DNA of 64,000 nt from an uncultured Spirochaetota bacterium (GTDB lineage Bacteria > Spirochaetota > UBA4802 > UBA5550), in contig CAWHAA010000005.1 in NCBI GenBank assembly GCA_963827275.1, forward strand, positions 384,001 to 448,000. Reading direction: 5' to 3'. Positions 42,838 to 54,073 of the stretch are shown piece by piece. The notes under the pieces were generated by a model that was not told where the DNA came from, ran no database searches, and saw nothing but the letters and a program-made list of their open reading frames with translations. The position numbers were made by a program, and so were the translations under genes. Positions within the stretch are counted from its first letter, which is position 1. Every line of letters begins with the position of its first letter.

Positions 42838-44396
42838 TCAATTGCCGTAGTCTTCTATCTCCTTCTTGAGGCCAAACACCAGGTCCACCAGATTCTGCGC
42901 GTCATAGGATATCTTCACGGCATTGGCTGAATTGTTCTGCGAAACATCGTTCATCGAGGTCACGTTGCTCACGATCTCGCCGATAGCGGCCTTCTGCCGC
43001 TCCGCCGCGGCGGTGATCTCGTCCGCGCGTCTCTTCACCATCACCGCGTTGCGGTTCACGACCTCGTTGGTCTCGGCCTGCTTCTTCTGGAAGTCCGACA
43101 GGGCCTTGATCTTCTCATTCACCGCGTTCACTCCCTCGATGATGGTGCTGATCGACGACACGGTCATGGCGACGCCCGACAGGCCCTTGTCGATCTCATC
43201 CTCGTTCGTCTTGATGATGGTTTCGATCGACTTGATGCTCGACGCGGTCCGATCGGCGAGCTTCGATATCTCGTCCGCGACGACCGCGAAGCCCCGGCCC
43301 GATTCACCGGCGCGGGCCGCCTCGATGGCCGCGTTGAGGCTCAGGAGATTGATCTGGTCGGAGATGTCGTTGATGATCCCGATGATGTTGGCCATCTCGC
43401 CCGAGCTCCCCTTCACGCGGCCGATGCGCTCTTCCATGGCGCGGAGGTACTGCTCGCCGTCGCGGGCCTTCCCCACGATGTCGCCGGTCGCGTTCAGCGA
43501 ATCCGCGATCGCGGCGTCGATCTCCCGTATGATAATCGAGAGATCGTCAAGGATGGCGATCAGCGAATCGAGGTCCGGTTCTGCTCATTGGCATTCTTCG
43601 ACACGTCGTCGATGCCGTTCGAAATCGTTTCCACGGTCTTCGTGATCCGGCCGATGGAATCCGCCTGGTCATGGGCGGTTTCGGAAAAGGCGTCGCTCCG
43701 GCCGGACATCTCCTGCATGGCGGCGACGACACGCGCCGAGCTTTCCCTGAGGACGTTCTTTATGAAGGTGTTGGCGTCCTGGTTCTTCTTCGATTCGATG
43801 TTCGCCAGCTCCACGCTCCGCTGGAATATCTTCATGATGAAGAATGAGATGACAAACAGAAAGATGAGGCTGAAGAGCGTATTGTTGAACGCGATGACGA
43901 TCATCTTGCCGTCCGCCGGGGGCGACAGCCGCTTCAGGACCACGAACAGCGCGACGTTCGCCAGCATCATGATGCCGGTCACGATGGACAGAAAGCGGAT
44001 GTCGCTGAAAATGGCGCACATCACCACGCAGGGGAAGATGAAATAGATGTACGACGTCAGCGAGAGGTTGATCTCCTGGAACGGCTGGCGCAGGAGCCCC
44101 GCGACGACGGCGATGACCGCCGCCATGATGAAGATATTTGCGGACAGGAGATACCTGCCTTTGCGGAGCAGCACGAGGGCGGACACGAAGCCGATCAGGA
44201 GGAACGAGGTTATCGGGATGGTGACGAGGAAATCATACCACCCGGCGAAGAGCATGCTGAACTGGAGCATGAACGTGAAGAAGATGAATATCGTCTGGAA
44301 AAAAAGGAGCAGCCGTGCGCGCGCGCCGGTCAGGTAATCGGCCCCCCCGTAATGCGCCAGAAAATAATCCGTATATCCGGTTAATAATGTTGCCAT
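42838..44396 (-). CDS. Methyl-accepting chemotaxis protein, frameshift near 43575
   Basis: Multi-TM N-terminus; QINLLSLNAAIEAARAGESGRGFAVVA. Confidence 0.85.
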
Positions 44397-44530
44397 GGTT
44401 GTAATCCTGCCGCTGTAGTGTCAGGCCCGTGGGCGAATGCGCCGCTTCACCGGTCTCATTTTAATCTCATCAAAGTACACGTGTCAAGACATTTCAGGCG
44501 ACCGTCACCGGCATGGGCCCGGCCCGTGCG

Positions 44531-46195
44531 TCAGCGCTTCTTCTGGAGCAGCATTTCGATCCGGCGCATCATCTCGTCAGGGATGACCACCCCGGAGGTC
44601 TTGAGCCGCGTCAGGTACTTTTCAAAGGACTTCCTGGTGTCGGATGAAGCCGCGAGGACGCGCAGGTATGACCGCATGTTCTCCTCGACCTGCCTCCGGA
44701 AGGACACGTTCCTGTTCAATAAATCCTCCACGGGCGCAAGGAGGCGGTAATTGACCGGCCTGCAGAAGGAGCGGTACACCGCGAACCGCTGGGTCTGGTC
44801 GCAATCGGCGTTCCCCGCGCCGATGCTCGCTTCGACGATGTCAAGGTTGATGAAGTCGATCGCCTGGAACCCGTGCCGGTCGGCCAGCAACTCCTTGATC
44901 CGCGCGGCCACGTCCTTCGCAAAGCCGCACGATTCGAAGTCCCCGCCGCATGACGCCTGGCCCTTCAGGTAGAGCACGGCATCGACGTCGGAAGAGTCCT
45001 GCGCCATCCCCATGTTGACCGAGCCGACCAGGTCCAGGGCTACGTGTCCGGACAGGGGGCCGAGCGACTGGAGGGCCCGCTCGAGGTTCTGGATGCGCTC
45101 CTCGGTCTGCTTCGTCTGGTGTATCCTGAAAAAATTCCGGATGTCCCTGAAGATCTTCAGCTCCGGCACCTGGTTGTACCGCTCCAGGTTGTCATCCATC
45201 ACCGATATGTCCGCAAGCGCCTGGAGTCGCTGCCGGTCGATCACGTTTTCATGGTACGAAGCCCCTTCTTTCCTGTATTCCGCTATGTCGAAGACCCGGT
45301 AATCGACGATCTTTTTGAGCTGCACTTCGGGGACCTGGCCGCCGTCCACCGTCATTTCAAAGAAAAAGCCCCCCTCGGATATCTCACCGCGCGAAGTCAT
45401 CACCTCGCCGAAATTCGACGGGTTCAGGTACAGGGTGTTATCCAGGTAGCGCACGCCCCAGTTCTCGTGTACGTGGCCGGTACAGCACGCCAGCACCCGG
45501 TTATTGTCGCAGTAGGTCCGGAGTGCCGTCGATCCCCATGACCCGAGGTGGCTGATGGTGTCCATGACGCCGTAGGCGGGATGATGGGCGGCGATGATAT
45601 CCGGCCGCGCCTGCTCCAGGAAGCGGTAGAGCTCGTTGTCGGTGTCGCTGGCGGACCGGCCGCCATAGCGGACCTGGTATGTCTCCGGGAACCCCGGGGT
45701 CCGCATGGCCGCGCCGCCGTAGCCGGCGATCGTGAGCCCGCCGGCCGTCACCGACTTCAGGTGAAGGCTCCGCGCCTCCAGCGCGGTGCCGGCAAGGTCC
45801 ATGTCGTAGTTACCCGGCAGGGTGACGATCACGCCCCCTTCCTTGGAGCTGAATATGTTTTCCAGTATCTGGTATTTTTTTGACATCACCTCTTTTGCCG
45901 TCTTCGAGGCGTCCAGGTAATACCGCGCTTTGACTTCGCGCTCGCCCGCGAGGCGGCCGCCGCGCAGGAGAGAATCGACGTACTCTTCCAGCACGACATC
46001 CTGTTCTCCGGCCTCCCGTCTCATCGAATGGAACAGGTTCTGCGCTTCAACATACTCAAGCGACTGGTCAAGGGAATAAAAGGGCAGGTCGATAAGGTCG
46101 CCGGATATCATATACAGGTCGGCAACAGTCTCTTTTAAGAGGTTGTATACGCGCGTAAATCCGCCATGAACATCGGTACAGTAAATTATTTTCAT
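44531..46195 (-). CDS. Metallophosphoesterase fused to a Pol-beta-type nucleotidyltransferase
   Basis: TDVH, GDLID, GNYD, HHP, GHVHE; C-terminal VGS-x10-DVD. Confidence 0.8.
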   Translation of the reverse strand: MKIIYCTDVHGGFTRVYNLLKETVADLYMISGDLIDLPFYSLDQSLEYVEAQNLFHSMRREAGEQDVVLEEYVDSLLRGGRLAGEREVKARYYLDASKTAKEVMSKKYQILENIFSSKEGGVIVTLPGNYDMDLAGTALEARSLHLKSVTAGGLTIAGYGGAAMRTPGFPETYQVRYGGRSASDTDNELYRFLEQARPDIIAAHHPAYGVMDTISHLGSWGSTALRTYCDNNRVLACCTGHVHENWGVRYLDNTLYLNPSNFGEVMTSRGEISEGGFFFEMTVDGGQVPEVQLKKIVDYRVFDIAEYRKEGASYHENVIDRQRLQALADISVMDDNLERYNQVPELKIFRDIRNFFRIHQTKQTEERIQNLERALQSLGPLSGHVALDLVGSVNMGMAQDSSDVDAVLYLKGQASCGGDFESCGFAKDVAARIKELLADRHGFQAIDFINLDIVEASIGAGNADCDQTQRFAVYRSFCRPVNYRLLAPVEDLLNRNVSFRRQVEENMRSYLRVLAASSDTRKSFEKYLTRLKTSGVVIPDEMMRRIEMLLQKKR

Positions 46196-46313
46196 TTCCC
46201 GCTGCCAGGTATAGTTATCGGTCCTCAAGCGCCAGTATTGACGGTAAAGCCTGCCCGACTGGAAAATAACCGGCGATTTTGGTGTTTTTGTCAATACAAT
46301 AAATTAAACTTCC

Positions 46314-46458
46314 GGGGGTCAGAGTAATTTCCCAACTCCCAGAGGTCAGGCCAGACAGCATACCGATAACTATCGGTGCAAACAGGGGGTCAGAGTACGA
46401 AATCTACCGATAACTATCGCTGGCTACCGGGGGTCAGAGCAACACGCGGGGGTCAGAG
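46314..46458 (+). repeat. Four GGGGGTCAGAG direct repeats with two CGATAACTATCG palindromes
   Basis: Copies at 46314, 46385, 46429 and 46448; TACCGATAACTATCG at 46361 and 46405. Confidence 0.7.
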
Positions 46459-46565
46459 CAGATGCGCCCAGGCATGAAAAAACCGCCGCCTGTGAATAAA
46501 AAACTTGTCAACGCACAGAGCCGGGAATTTTACTACCAGAGACATTATTTTTAAAGGAAGAACCA

Positions 46566-46835
46566 ATGAAAGCGATCATCACCGTCGTCGGGAAGGACAG
46601 GGTCGGCATCATCGCTGCCGTGAGCACGCGGCTCGCCGACTGCGGCGTCAACATACTCGACATCAGCCAGACCATCATGCAGGACAATTTCACCATGATG
46701 ATGTCCGTCGATACAGAAAAAAGCAGCATCTCCCTCAAGGAGCTGAAAGCGCAGCTCGCCGAAATCGGGAACCGCATGTCCCTGGTTATCAACATCTACA
46801 ACGAAGAGCTCTTCAATTCCATGCACCGGGTATAG
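46566..46835 (+). CDS. ACT-domain protein (UPF0237)
   Basis: ITVVGKDRVGII, NILDISQT, FNSMHRV. Confidence 0.9.
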   Translation: MKAIITVVGKDRVGIIAAVSTRLADCGVNILDISQTIMQDNFTMMMSVDTEKSSISLKELKAQLAEIGNRMSLVINIYNEELFNSMHRV

Positions 46836-46838
46836 GCC

Positions 46839-48194
46839 ATGAACGAGCGCGAAGTCATCGAAACACTGAAGATGATCCAGGAGGAGAAGCTGGACATCCG
46901 CACCATCACCATGGGGATATCGCTGCGCGACTGCGCGGATGAAAGCCCGGAGCGGTCGTGCGCCAGGATACGCGACAAGATCGGGCGGCTCGCCGGCCGG
47001 CTCGCCGCGGTCGGCGACGAGATCGAGGAGACCTACGGCGTGCCCATCATCAACAAGCGGATCGCAGTCACCCCGATCTCTCTCGTGGCGGAGAGCTCGC
47101 GCACCGACGACTACCTCCCCTTCGCCCGGGCCCTCGAGGAAGCGGCCCGCGACGCGGACGTCAACTTTATCGGCGGGTTCTCCGCGCTGGTGCACAAGGG
47201 GGCCACGCCGGGCGACCGGAAGCTCATGGACGCCCTCCCCCGCGCCCTCTCGGAAACCGAACGGGTGTGCGCCTCCGTGAACGTCGCGACGACCAGGGCC
47301 GGCATAAACATGGACAGCATACGCATGATGGGAAAAATCATCAGGGGGATCGCCGTCGCCACGAAGGACCGGGGAAGCATCGGGTGCGCAAAGCTCGTGG
47401 TCTTCGCCAATGCGCCCGAGGACAATCCCTTCATGGCGGGCGCCTTCCACGGCGTTGGAGAGGCGGAGGCGGTCATCAATGTCGGCATCAGCGGGCCGGG
47501 CGTCATAAAGAGCGCGCTGGAAAAGATACGGGGCAGCGACCTGGAGACCGTGGCGGAAACCATCAAGCGGACCTCCTTCAAGATCACGCGGGTGGGCCAG
47601 CTTGTTGCGCGCGAGGCCGCGCGGCGGCTGAATGTCCCCTTCGGCATCGTGGACGTGTCGCTCGCGCCCACCCCCTCGGTCGGCGACAGCGTCGCGCACA
47701 TCCTCGAGGAGATGGGCCTGGAGCGCTGCGGCGCGCCGGGATCGACGGCGGCGCTCATGCTCCTGAACGACGCCGTCAAGAAGGGCGGTCTCATGGCCTC
47801 CTCCTTCGTCGGCGGGCTCTCCGGCGCGTTCATACCGGTGAGCGAGGACCTGGGCATGATCCAGGCGGCGCAGGAGGGCGCGCTCACCATCGAAAAGCTC
47901 GAGGCCATGACCGCGGTCTGCTCGGTCGGGCTCGATATGATCGCCGTGCCGGGCGACACGTCCGAGGACACGATCGCGGCGATCATCGCGGACGAGGCGG
48001 CCATCGGGGTGGCGAACAACAAGACGACCGCGGTGCGGATCATCCCGGTGATCGGGAAAAAGGCGGGCGACTTCGTGGAATTCGGCGGACTGCTCGGCAG
48101 GGCGCCGGTCATGCCGGTGAGCAGGTTCAGCCCGTCCGGCTTTATCGCCCGCGGCGGCAGGGTCCCGGCGCCGCTCCACAGCTACCGGAACTGA
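46839..48194 (+). CDS. DUF711/UPF0210 (PFL-like) protein
   Basis: [31 protein letters not shown]. Confidence 0.9.
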   Translation: MNEREVIETLKMIQEEKLDIRTITMGISLRDCADESPERSCARIRDKIGRLAGRLAAVGDEIEETYGVPIINKRIAVTPISLVAESSRTDDYLPFARALEEAARDADVNFIGGFSALVHKGATPGDRKLMDALPRALSETERVCASVNVATTRAGINMDSIRMMGKIIRGIAVATKDRGSIGCAKLVVFANAPEDNPFMAGAFHGVGEAEAVINVGISGPGVIKSALEKIRGSDLETVAETIKRTSFKITRVGQLVAREAARRLNVPFGIVDVSLAPTPSVGDSVAHILEEMGLERCGAPGSTAALMLLNDAVKKGGLMASSFVGGLSGAFIPVSEDLGMIQAAQEGALTIEKLEAMTAVCSVGLDMIAVPGDTSEDTIAAIIADEAAIGVANNKTTAVRIIPVIGKKAGDFVEFGGLLGRAPVMPVSRFSPSGFIARGGRVPAPLHSYRN

Positions 48195-48290
48195 GGCGGG
48201 ACCGCCAGGCCCCCCGAAAAATGTAATTGACGTCATGTACACCTTTACATTTCATCTGTAATGTAATTCAGATAACCACGGGAATATTTC

Positions 48291-49130
48291 ATGTCCAATT
48301 ATCATGCAGCAACAGGATTCCGTATTTTCTTCACGGTGATTCTCCTCGCTGCAGCCGGCTGTTCGGCCACACAGAGGCCGCCGGTTGACAGCGTCTCCTT
48401 CGCCGTTATGGGGAACACCAGCCCCGCGTCACCCTTCACCGGCTACCCGGAAAAGCTCGAACAGGTCTTTCAAAGCATCAACCGGGACAACCCGATGTTC
48501 GTCATCCACACCGGCAACATCATACAGGGGGGGGCGGGAAACGTGGGCATCCGGCCCGGCGATATCACCCGCCAGCACCTGAAATTCATCGAGCAGAAAA
48601 AGGCGCTCCGCCCCATCCTCCATATCCTTGCCGGCGAGCGGGACCTCTTCGACGGTTCCCTCGACCTGTTCAGGCAATACACGGGCGGCAGGCTCTGGTA
48701 CTCCTTCAACTACGGCACCGTGCATTTTATCATGCTCCACGTCCTGAACGGCGCCCACGGCATGGCAGCCGACCAGCTGAAATGGCTGAAGCGGGACCTG
48801 GCGGCGCACCGTTACGACTCGGCGGTATTCGTCTTCACCCACTATCCCGTGCTCTCGTCGCCCTACGGCGGGGCGCGGTACCGGGACGGCGCCCTCCTCC
48901 ATGAGCTCTTCGTCAAATACCCGGTGAAGGCCGTTTTCTCAGGGAGCCTGAAGGGCCTGTATGAATTCGAAAAAGACGGCATCCGCTACATCACGGCCGG
49001 GTGCTCCGGCTATAATGCCGAGGACCGCGGCTGGAGCTTCAACCAGTATTACATCGTCCAGTGCAAAGGGGAGAAGTTCACGCTCAGGGCGGCACGCGTC
49101 AATGCGCCCTCCGGCGCCTACCGCCCGTAA
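48291..49130 (+). CDS. Lipoprotein with a degenerate calcineurin-like phosphoesterase fold
   Basis: LAAAGC lipobox; motifs altered to GNT, HTGN, GERD, FSGSLK. Confidence 0.7.
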   Translation: MSNYHAATGFRIFFTVILLAAAGCSATQRPPVDSVSFAVMGNTSPASPFTGYPEKLEQVFQSINRDNPMFVIHTGNIIQGGAGNVGIRPGDITRQHLKFIEQKKALRPILHILAGERDLFDGSLDLFRQYTGGRLWYSFNYGTVHFIMLHVLNGAHGMAADQLKWLKRDLAAHRYDSAVFVFTHYPVLSSPYGGARYRDGALLHELFVKYPVKAVFSGSLKGLYEFEKDGIRYITAGCSGYNAEDRGWSFNQYYIVQCKGEKFTLRAARVNAPSGAYRP

Positions 49131-49230
49131 TTAATCGGGGAAGCGCCGGAGAAAAAAAATTGACACGGCGGAAAAATTATCCGACGCTGATATGCGGCGC
49201 GATTAATCAACATCTTCACGGGAGTATGCC

Positions 49231-51027
49231 ATGGCTTCCAAACCGGGTCTCATCGAAATCCACGACACCATCCGGGAACTCACCGAGATAGAATCAGAGC
49301 TCGAGCGCAGCATCAACACGACCATGTGGATCAGCGACACGCACGGGGCCGGCGAGCGCTTCACCACGATCCTGAAGGGACGGTTCGGCCTTATCTGGCG
49401 GACCGCCCAGGAGGCCCTCACCAAACACGTCCCCACCGAAAAGCTCGACTACCTTGACCGCGTCATCCAGATCGAACGCTACCTTCCCTCCACCGACGGG
49501 GTCTCCATGGAGCGGCAGGACGTTATCTCGGCCCTGGTGAGGATCATCCGGTACAAGGTCGAAGACGTCGTTGACTTCGATGCGATCAGGTCCGCCATCA
49601 ACAACGACCTGAAGACCGTCATCGAGAACCTGATACTCAACTTCCATGTCCCCGACATCGTGTACGAGAACGAGCTGATCGCCGACAAGGTGATCACCGC
49701 CCTGGCGAAGATCGTGAAGCAGGTGATCCTCGGGCAGCTCGTGGTACTGGGCGACGTGTTCGACCGGGGCGACGAGCCGGACAAGATCCTCCGCATACTC
49801 ATGAGCCCGGCGATACGCCCCTACGTGCAGTTCGTATGGGGGAACCACGACATCCTCTGGATGGGCGCTGCCGCGGGGAACAAGTCGCTCATCGCCGAGG
49901 CGCTGCGCATCAGCGTGCGCTACGACAACCTGGCGTTCCTTGAGCGGCTCGGCATCAACCTCGACAAGCTGAAGGCCTTCGCGGAAACCCTCTACCCCGG
50001 CCCGATCACCGGCCAGTTCAAGGCGAAGCTCGATATATCGAGAAAGATGGAAAAGACCCTGGCCATGATCCAGTTCAAGCTGGAGGAGACGACCATCAAG
50101 CGGTTCCCCGAGCTGCAGATGGAGCCGCGGCTCAACCTGGAAAAATTCGCCGCCATGCTGAAAAAGGGCGAGACCGAGGGGCTTACCGACACGCACTTCC
50201 CCACCCTTGCCATGGACGCGCCGCTCGAGCTCACCGCGGAGGAGTCGGAGGTGATCGACGACCTGGCCCGCCAGTTCACGACCAGCCCGAAGATCATGGA
50301 GCTGATGCGCTATCTCTTCGACGACGGCAAGCTCTATCACGTGAACAACTACATGCTGAACATCCACGCCCTCATCCCCAGCACCGAGGAGGGAAAATTC
50401 GACAAGCTCTTCGGCAAGAAGGGGAAGGAGCTCCTGGACCATATCGAGGCCATGGTGAAGAACGTCGGCCACTACTACCTGGAAGGCAAGGAGCAGGACC
50501 CCTTCGAGCTGGCGGTCATGTTCTACCTCTGGTGCGGTCCCAAGTCGCCGTTCTTCGGCAAGCACGCCATGAAGACCTTCGAGCGCTACTTCTTCAAGGA
50601 CAAGGCCACCCATAAAGAGAAGACCCTCCACTGGGGCGAAAACCTCAAGAAGAAGGAGTTCATGGATCTGATCATGCAGGAATTCGGCGCGGAGCGGATC
50701 GTGTACGGGCACACGCCGGTGGACGTCATGAAGGGCGAGAAGATCGCCTCCCCCGACGGCCGCGCCATCAACATCGACGGCGGGTTCTCCGAGGCGTACC
50801 TGGGGCGCGGCCACTCCCTTATCCACACGCCCTACTCCCTCTACGCCATCATCCTCCCCTCCCTCGACGAGATCAGGGAGGCAAAGTACGCGAGCCTCAA
50901 GTTCGAGGAGATCGCCAGGTTCGACAAGCCGATTAAGATCAAGGACGTATTCAAGGGGACGAAGCTGCAGGAGCGGCGCGAGGAACTGCTGAAAACCCTC
51001 AAGAATTACGAGAAGAAGGCGAAGTAA
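49231..51027 (+). CDS. fbp: Fructose-1,6-bisphosphatase class 3
   Basis: SDTHG, GDVFDRG, WGNHD, YLWCG.KSP.FGK, GHTPV, IDGGFS. Confidence 0.88.
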   Translation: MASKPGLIEIHDTIRELTEIESELERSINTTMWISDTHGAGERFTTILKGRFGLIWRTAQEALTKHVPTEKLDYLDRVIQIERYLPSTDGVSMERQDVISALVRIIRYKVEDVVDFDAIRSAINNDLKTVIENLILNFHVPDIVYENELIADKVITALAKIVKQVILGQLVVLGDVFDRGDEPDKILRILMSPAIRPYVQFVWGNHDILWMGAAAGNKSLIAEALRISVRYDNLAFLERLGINLDKLKAFAETLYPGPITGQFKAKLDISRKMEKTLAMIQFKLEETTIKRFPELQMEPRLNLEKFAAMLKKGETEGLTDTHFPTLAMDAPLELTAEESEVIDDLARQFTTSPKIMELMRYLFDDGKLYHVNNYMLNIHALIPSTEEGKFDKLFGKKGKELLDHIEAMVKNVGHYYLEGKEQDPFELAVMFYLWCGPKSPFFGKHAMKTFERYFFKDKATHKEKTLHWGENLKKKEFMDLIMQEFGAERIVYGHTPVDVMKGEKIASPDGRAINIDGGFSEAYLGRGHSLIHTPYSLYAIILPSLDEIREAKYASLKFEEIARFDKPIKIKDVFKGTKLQERREELLKTLKNYEKKAK

Positions 51028-51064
51028 AGCGGGGCTGCGCCGCTTATCAACAAGCGACAAAGCC

Positions 51065-51112
51065 CCGTCTGCTGTCAGGGCGGAGCTTGCGCCCCACCCT
51101 GACAGCAGACGG
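51065..51112. terminator. Perfect 16-bp stem between convergent genes
   Basis: CCGTCTGCTGTCAGGG / CCCTGACAGCAGACGG. Confidence 0.55.
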
Positions 51113-51121
51113 ATTACATTG

Positions 51122-51523
51122 CTATTTTTTTATCCATTCGACCGTATCAAGGCCTGACGATGTATCCACCGACACCTGCACCAGGTAGTGCCGAAAAAAA
51201 TGCCCCTGAGGTATTGACGTATTGAACCTGCCCACCGCGCAGCGAATGTCATCAAAAATCCCTATCTCAATATGCGCATTGTCTCCCAGGTATTTACTCC
51301 TCAGGAAGCTGCCCAGCTCCATTGCCTGCTCTTTCGATGTATCCGGGGCAACGACCACCTCCATGGAAATGCCCTCTTTCTGCCTGCCCCCCTTGGCTAT
51401 TTTGTATTTCACCGGGGGCTTTCTCACCTCCCCCTGCGTATCGGCCCTGTCGCCTTTACGCAACGACATCGCGACGACAAAACCGACGGCGATGAGGCCG
51501 ACAGTAATGATTTTTTCTTTCAT
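51122..51523 (-). CDS. Hypothetical protein with an N-terminal membrane anchor
   Basis: MKEKIITVGLIAVGFVVA. Confidence 0.5.
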   Translation of the reverse strand: MKEKIITVGLIAVGFVVAMSLRKGDRADTQGEVRKPPVKYKIAKGGRQKEGISMEVVVAPDTSKEQAMELGSFLRSKYLGDNAHIEIGIFDDIRCAVGRFNTSIPQGHFFRHYLVQVSVDTSSGLDTVEWIKK

Positions 51524-51823
51524 TGATGGATGGTAACGGACGGGCATGGTCGGGCTCCCATGAGTAAATCGTGAATAACTCATAGCTCATAAGAGGCTGA
51601 TGTCAATTGAAAAAGCTCCGAACCTGATACGAGGGGCATTGCGATTCGTGTCTCCGCCAGAATTCGTATAATTGGCATGATACCCCCTCTTTTTCCTGTA
51701 ATCAAACAAAACCAACCGTCTTTTACACTTGTAAAAATTTTTTCAAAACCGGCCGGATAGACTGAATTTTTAGTTGTAATTAATCGTTCAAATTGTTAGT
51801 TAGGAACGAGGGTTCGGTTATTT

Positions 51824-52081
51824 ATGGAAAAAAAGATATCCATCCGCATGAAATTCTTCTCTGGAATAGACAAAGAACTGAAACTCCAGGACTATAATCC
51901 CGGCGAAGGAGTTATTATGACATTTTCTCCGGGAAAGCGACTCAAATACGCCCTTAAAACAGCGGGAATCAAAAAAGCCTCGCCCTATTTTTATTTCCGG
52001 GACGGGCAGCGGATATCCACCTGGGCAAAGCTCAGGGACGGGGACGAAATAACCTGCCTCAAGCCTTCGGGCGGCGGATAG
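51824..52081 (+). CDS. MoaD/ThiS-family sulfur carrier
   Basis: LRDGDEI..GGG C-terminus; precedes aor. Confidence 0.75.
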   Translation: MEKKISIRMKFFSGIDKELKLQDYNPGEGVIMTFSPGKRLKYALKTAGIKKASPYFYFRDGQRISTWAKLRDGDEITCLKPSGGG

Positions 52082-52154
52082 GTCGCATCACCAACACATT
52101 CAACATATAAATAGAACTCATTTTATTTTTATAAATTATCCCAGGAGACGTTTT

Positions 52155-54030
52155 ATGCAGGAACTAATCGGCACCAGTAACCGCGTTCTCGAAATCGATC
52201 TCACCGCGAAAAAATTCGAAGTAACGGAAATAAGCAAGAAGGACCTGGAGATGTATCTGGGCGGCAAGGGGATCGGCCTCAAGCTCCTTTACGACCGGAT
52301 GCAGCCGGGCGTGGACCCGCTCGGCCCCGACAACATGATCGCCATCACCATGGGGGTCATCCTCGGCAGCGGCGCACCCTGCTCGGGACGCTTCGAGGCG
52401 GTGACGAAGTCGCCCGCTCACCGGCATCATGAACTGCTCCTCGTGCGGCGGGGCGTTCGGCATGGCGGCGAAGACCTCGGGATGGGACGCGATCATCATC
52501 AAGGGCAGGTCTGGCGCGCCCGTGTACCTGGTGATCGACTCGAAAGGCGTCCAGTTCAAACCGGCCAAGGGCCTCTGGGGAAAAGACACTGATGCGGCGG
52601 AGGCCGCCCTCCTCAAGGAAGGCTCCGGGTCCCTGGTCATCGGACAGGCGGGCGAAAACCAGGTGCTGTACGCCAACATCCGCTCGGGCCACCGCTTCAT
52701 CGGCAGGGGCGGCATGGGAGCGGTCATGGGATCGAAGAACCTCAAGGGGATCGTGGCGAAGGGCGGCGAATTCAAGATCGTCCCGGCCGACAAGAAAAAG
52801 TTCGCCAGGCTCAACAAGAAATTTTTTTCCTACATAAACGAGAACCCGGTCACCTCCGGATCGTTCCGGAGCTTCGGCACCAACTCGAACACGAATCTGT
52901 GCAACATCACCGGGACGCTCCCGGTCCGCAACTTCTCGGGCGGCTCCCATGGCGAGGCGCACAAGATCTCCGGCGAGGCCATGGCGGACCGCTTCAAGAC
53001 GAAATGGGACACCTGCAAACCGTGCCCCATCATGTGCGGACACAAGGGGATGGTGAACGGAAAGGAAACGCACATCCCCGAATACGAAACCATCCACCTG
53101 CTCGGCAGCAACCTCGAGATCTTCGATCCCGTGGTGATCACCGAATGGGACGAGCTCTGCTCGAAATACGGCATTGACACCATCTCGCTCGGCGGCACGC
53201 TCTCGTGGGCGATGGAAGCCACGGAGAAGGGCCTCATCAAAACAAACCTGAAGTTCGGGTCCCCTGACGGGATAGTGGACATGATCAGGGACATCGCCCT
53301 GTGCCGCGGGATCGGCAAGGACCTCGCGAAGGGCTCGCGCGCCGCGTCGAAGAAATACGGCGGGGAAGACTTCGCCATGCACGTCAAGGGGATGGAGCTT
53401 CCCGGCTACGAGCCGCGCGGCTCCGTGGGGCACGCCCTCGGGTACGCAACGGCCAACAGGGGCGGCTGCCACCTCTCCTCATACGTGGTCGCGATAGAGG
53501 TGCTCTTCAACATGGCCAACCCCTTTGTCCCGCGCTGGAAGCACTACATGGTGAAATACATGGAGAACCTGTTCGCGGGGATAAACTCGCTGCACATCTG
53601 CCTCTTCACCTCCTTCGCGGTCATGTTCCAGCCGCTGCTGGTCAGGGTGAGCCCCTTCCCGCTGCTGAAAGTGCTGGTGGGGTGGATCGCGCCGGTCGCG
53701 CTGAACCTGATGGACGTGAGCCTTTATCCCGAGACCTGGAGCGCCATACTCGGAAAGACCTACATCCCGTACCTCGGCATGCTCAAGTTCCAGAAAACGG
53801 GAGAGCGCGTCCACGTGCTCGAGCGCTGGATGAACATCAGGGAGGGGATATCGAAAAAGGACGACACCCTGCCCCTCAGGTTCCTCACCGAGGGGAGGAA
53901 ATGCGACGCGAAAGAGCATACCGTGCCCCTCGAAGTGATGCTGAAAAAGTATTACAAAAGCCGCGGCTTCGACGAGAACGGCATCCCGAAAAAGCGGACG
54001 CTGAAGCGTCTCGGTATTGAAATAAAATGA
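52155..54030 (+). CDS. aor: Aldehyde:ferredoxin oxidoreductase family, frameshift near 52414
   Basis: YLGGKG, KSP, GRGGMGAVMGSKNLK, CKPCPIMC, PEYET, GIDTIS, HVKGMELPGYEPR, RGGCH. Confidence 0.9.
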
Positions 54031-54073
54031 GCTGTAGTCATAACGGCGACATCATACTAATTACGAGTGAGGA

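Noticed and set aside
46314..46458. CRISPR array
   Set aside because: The 11-bp repeat is too short and the spacing is irregular
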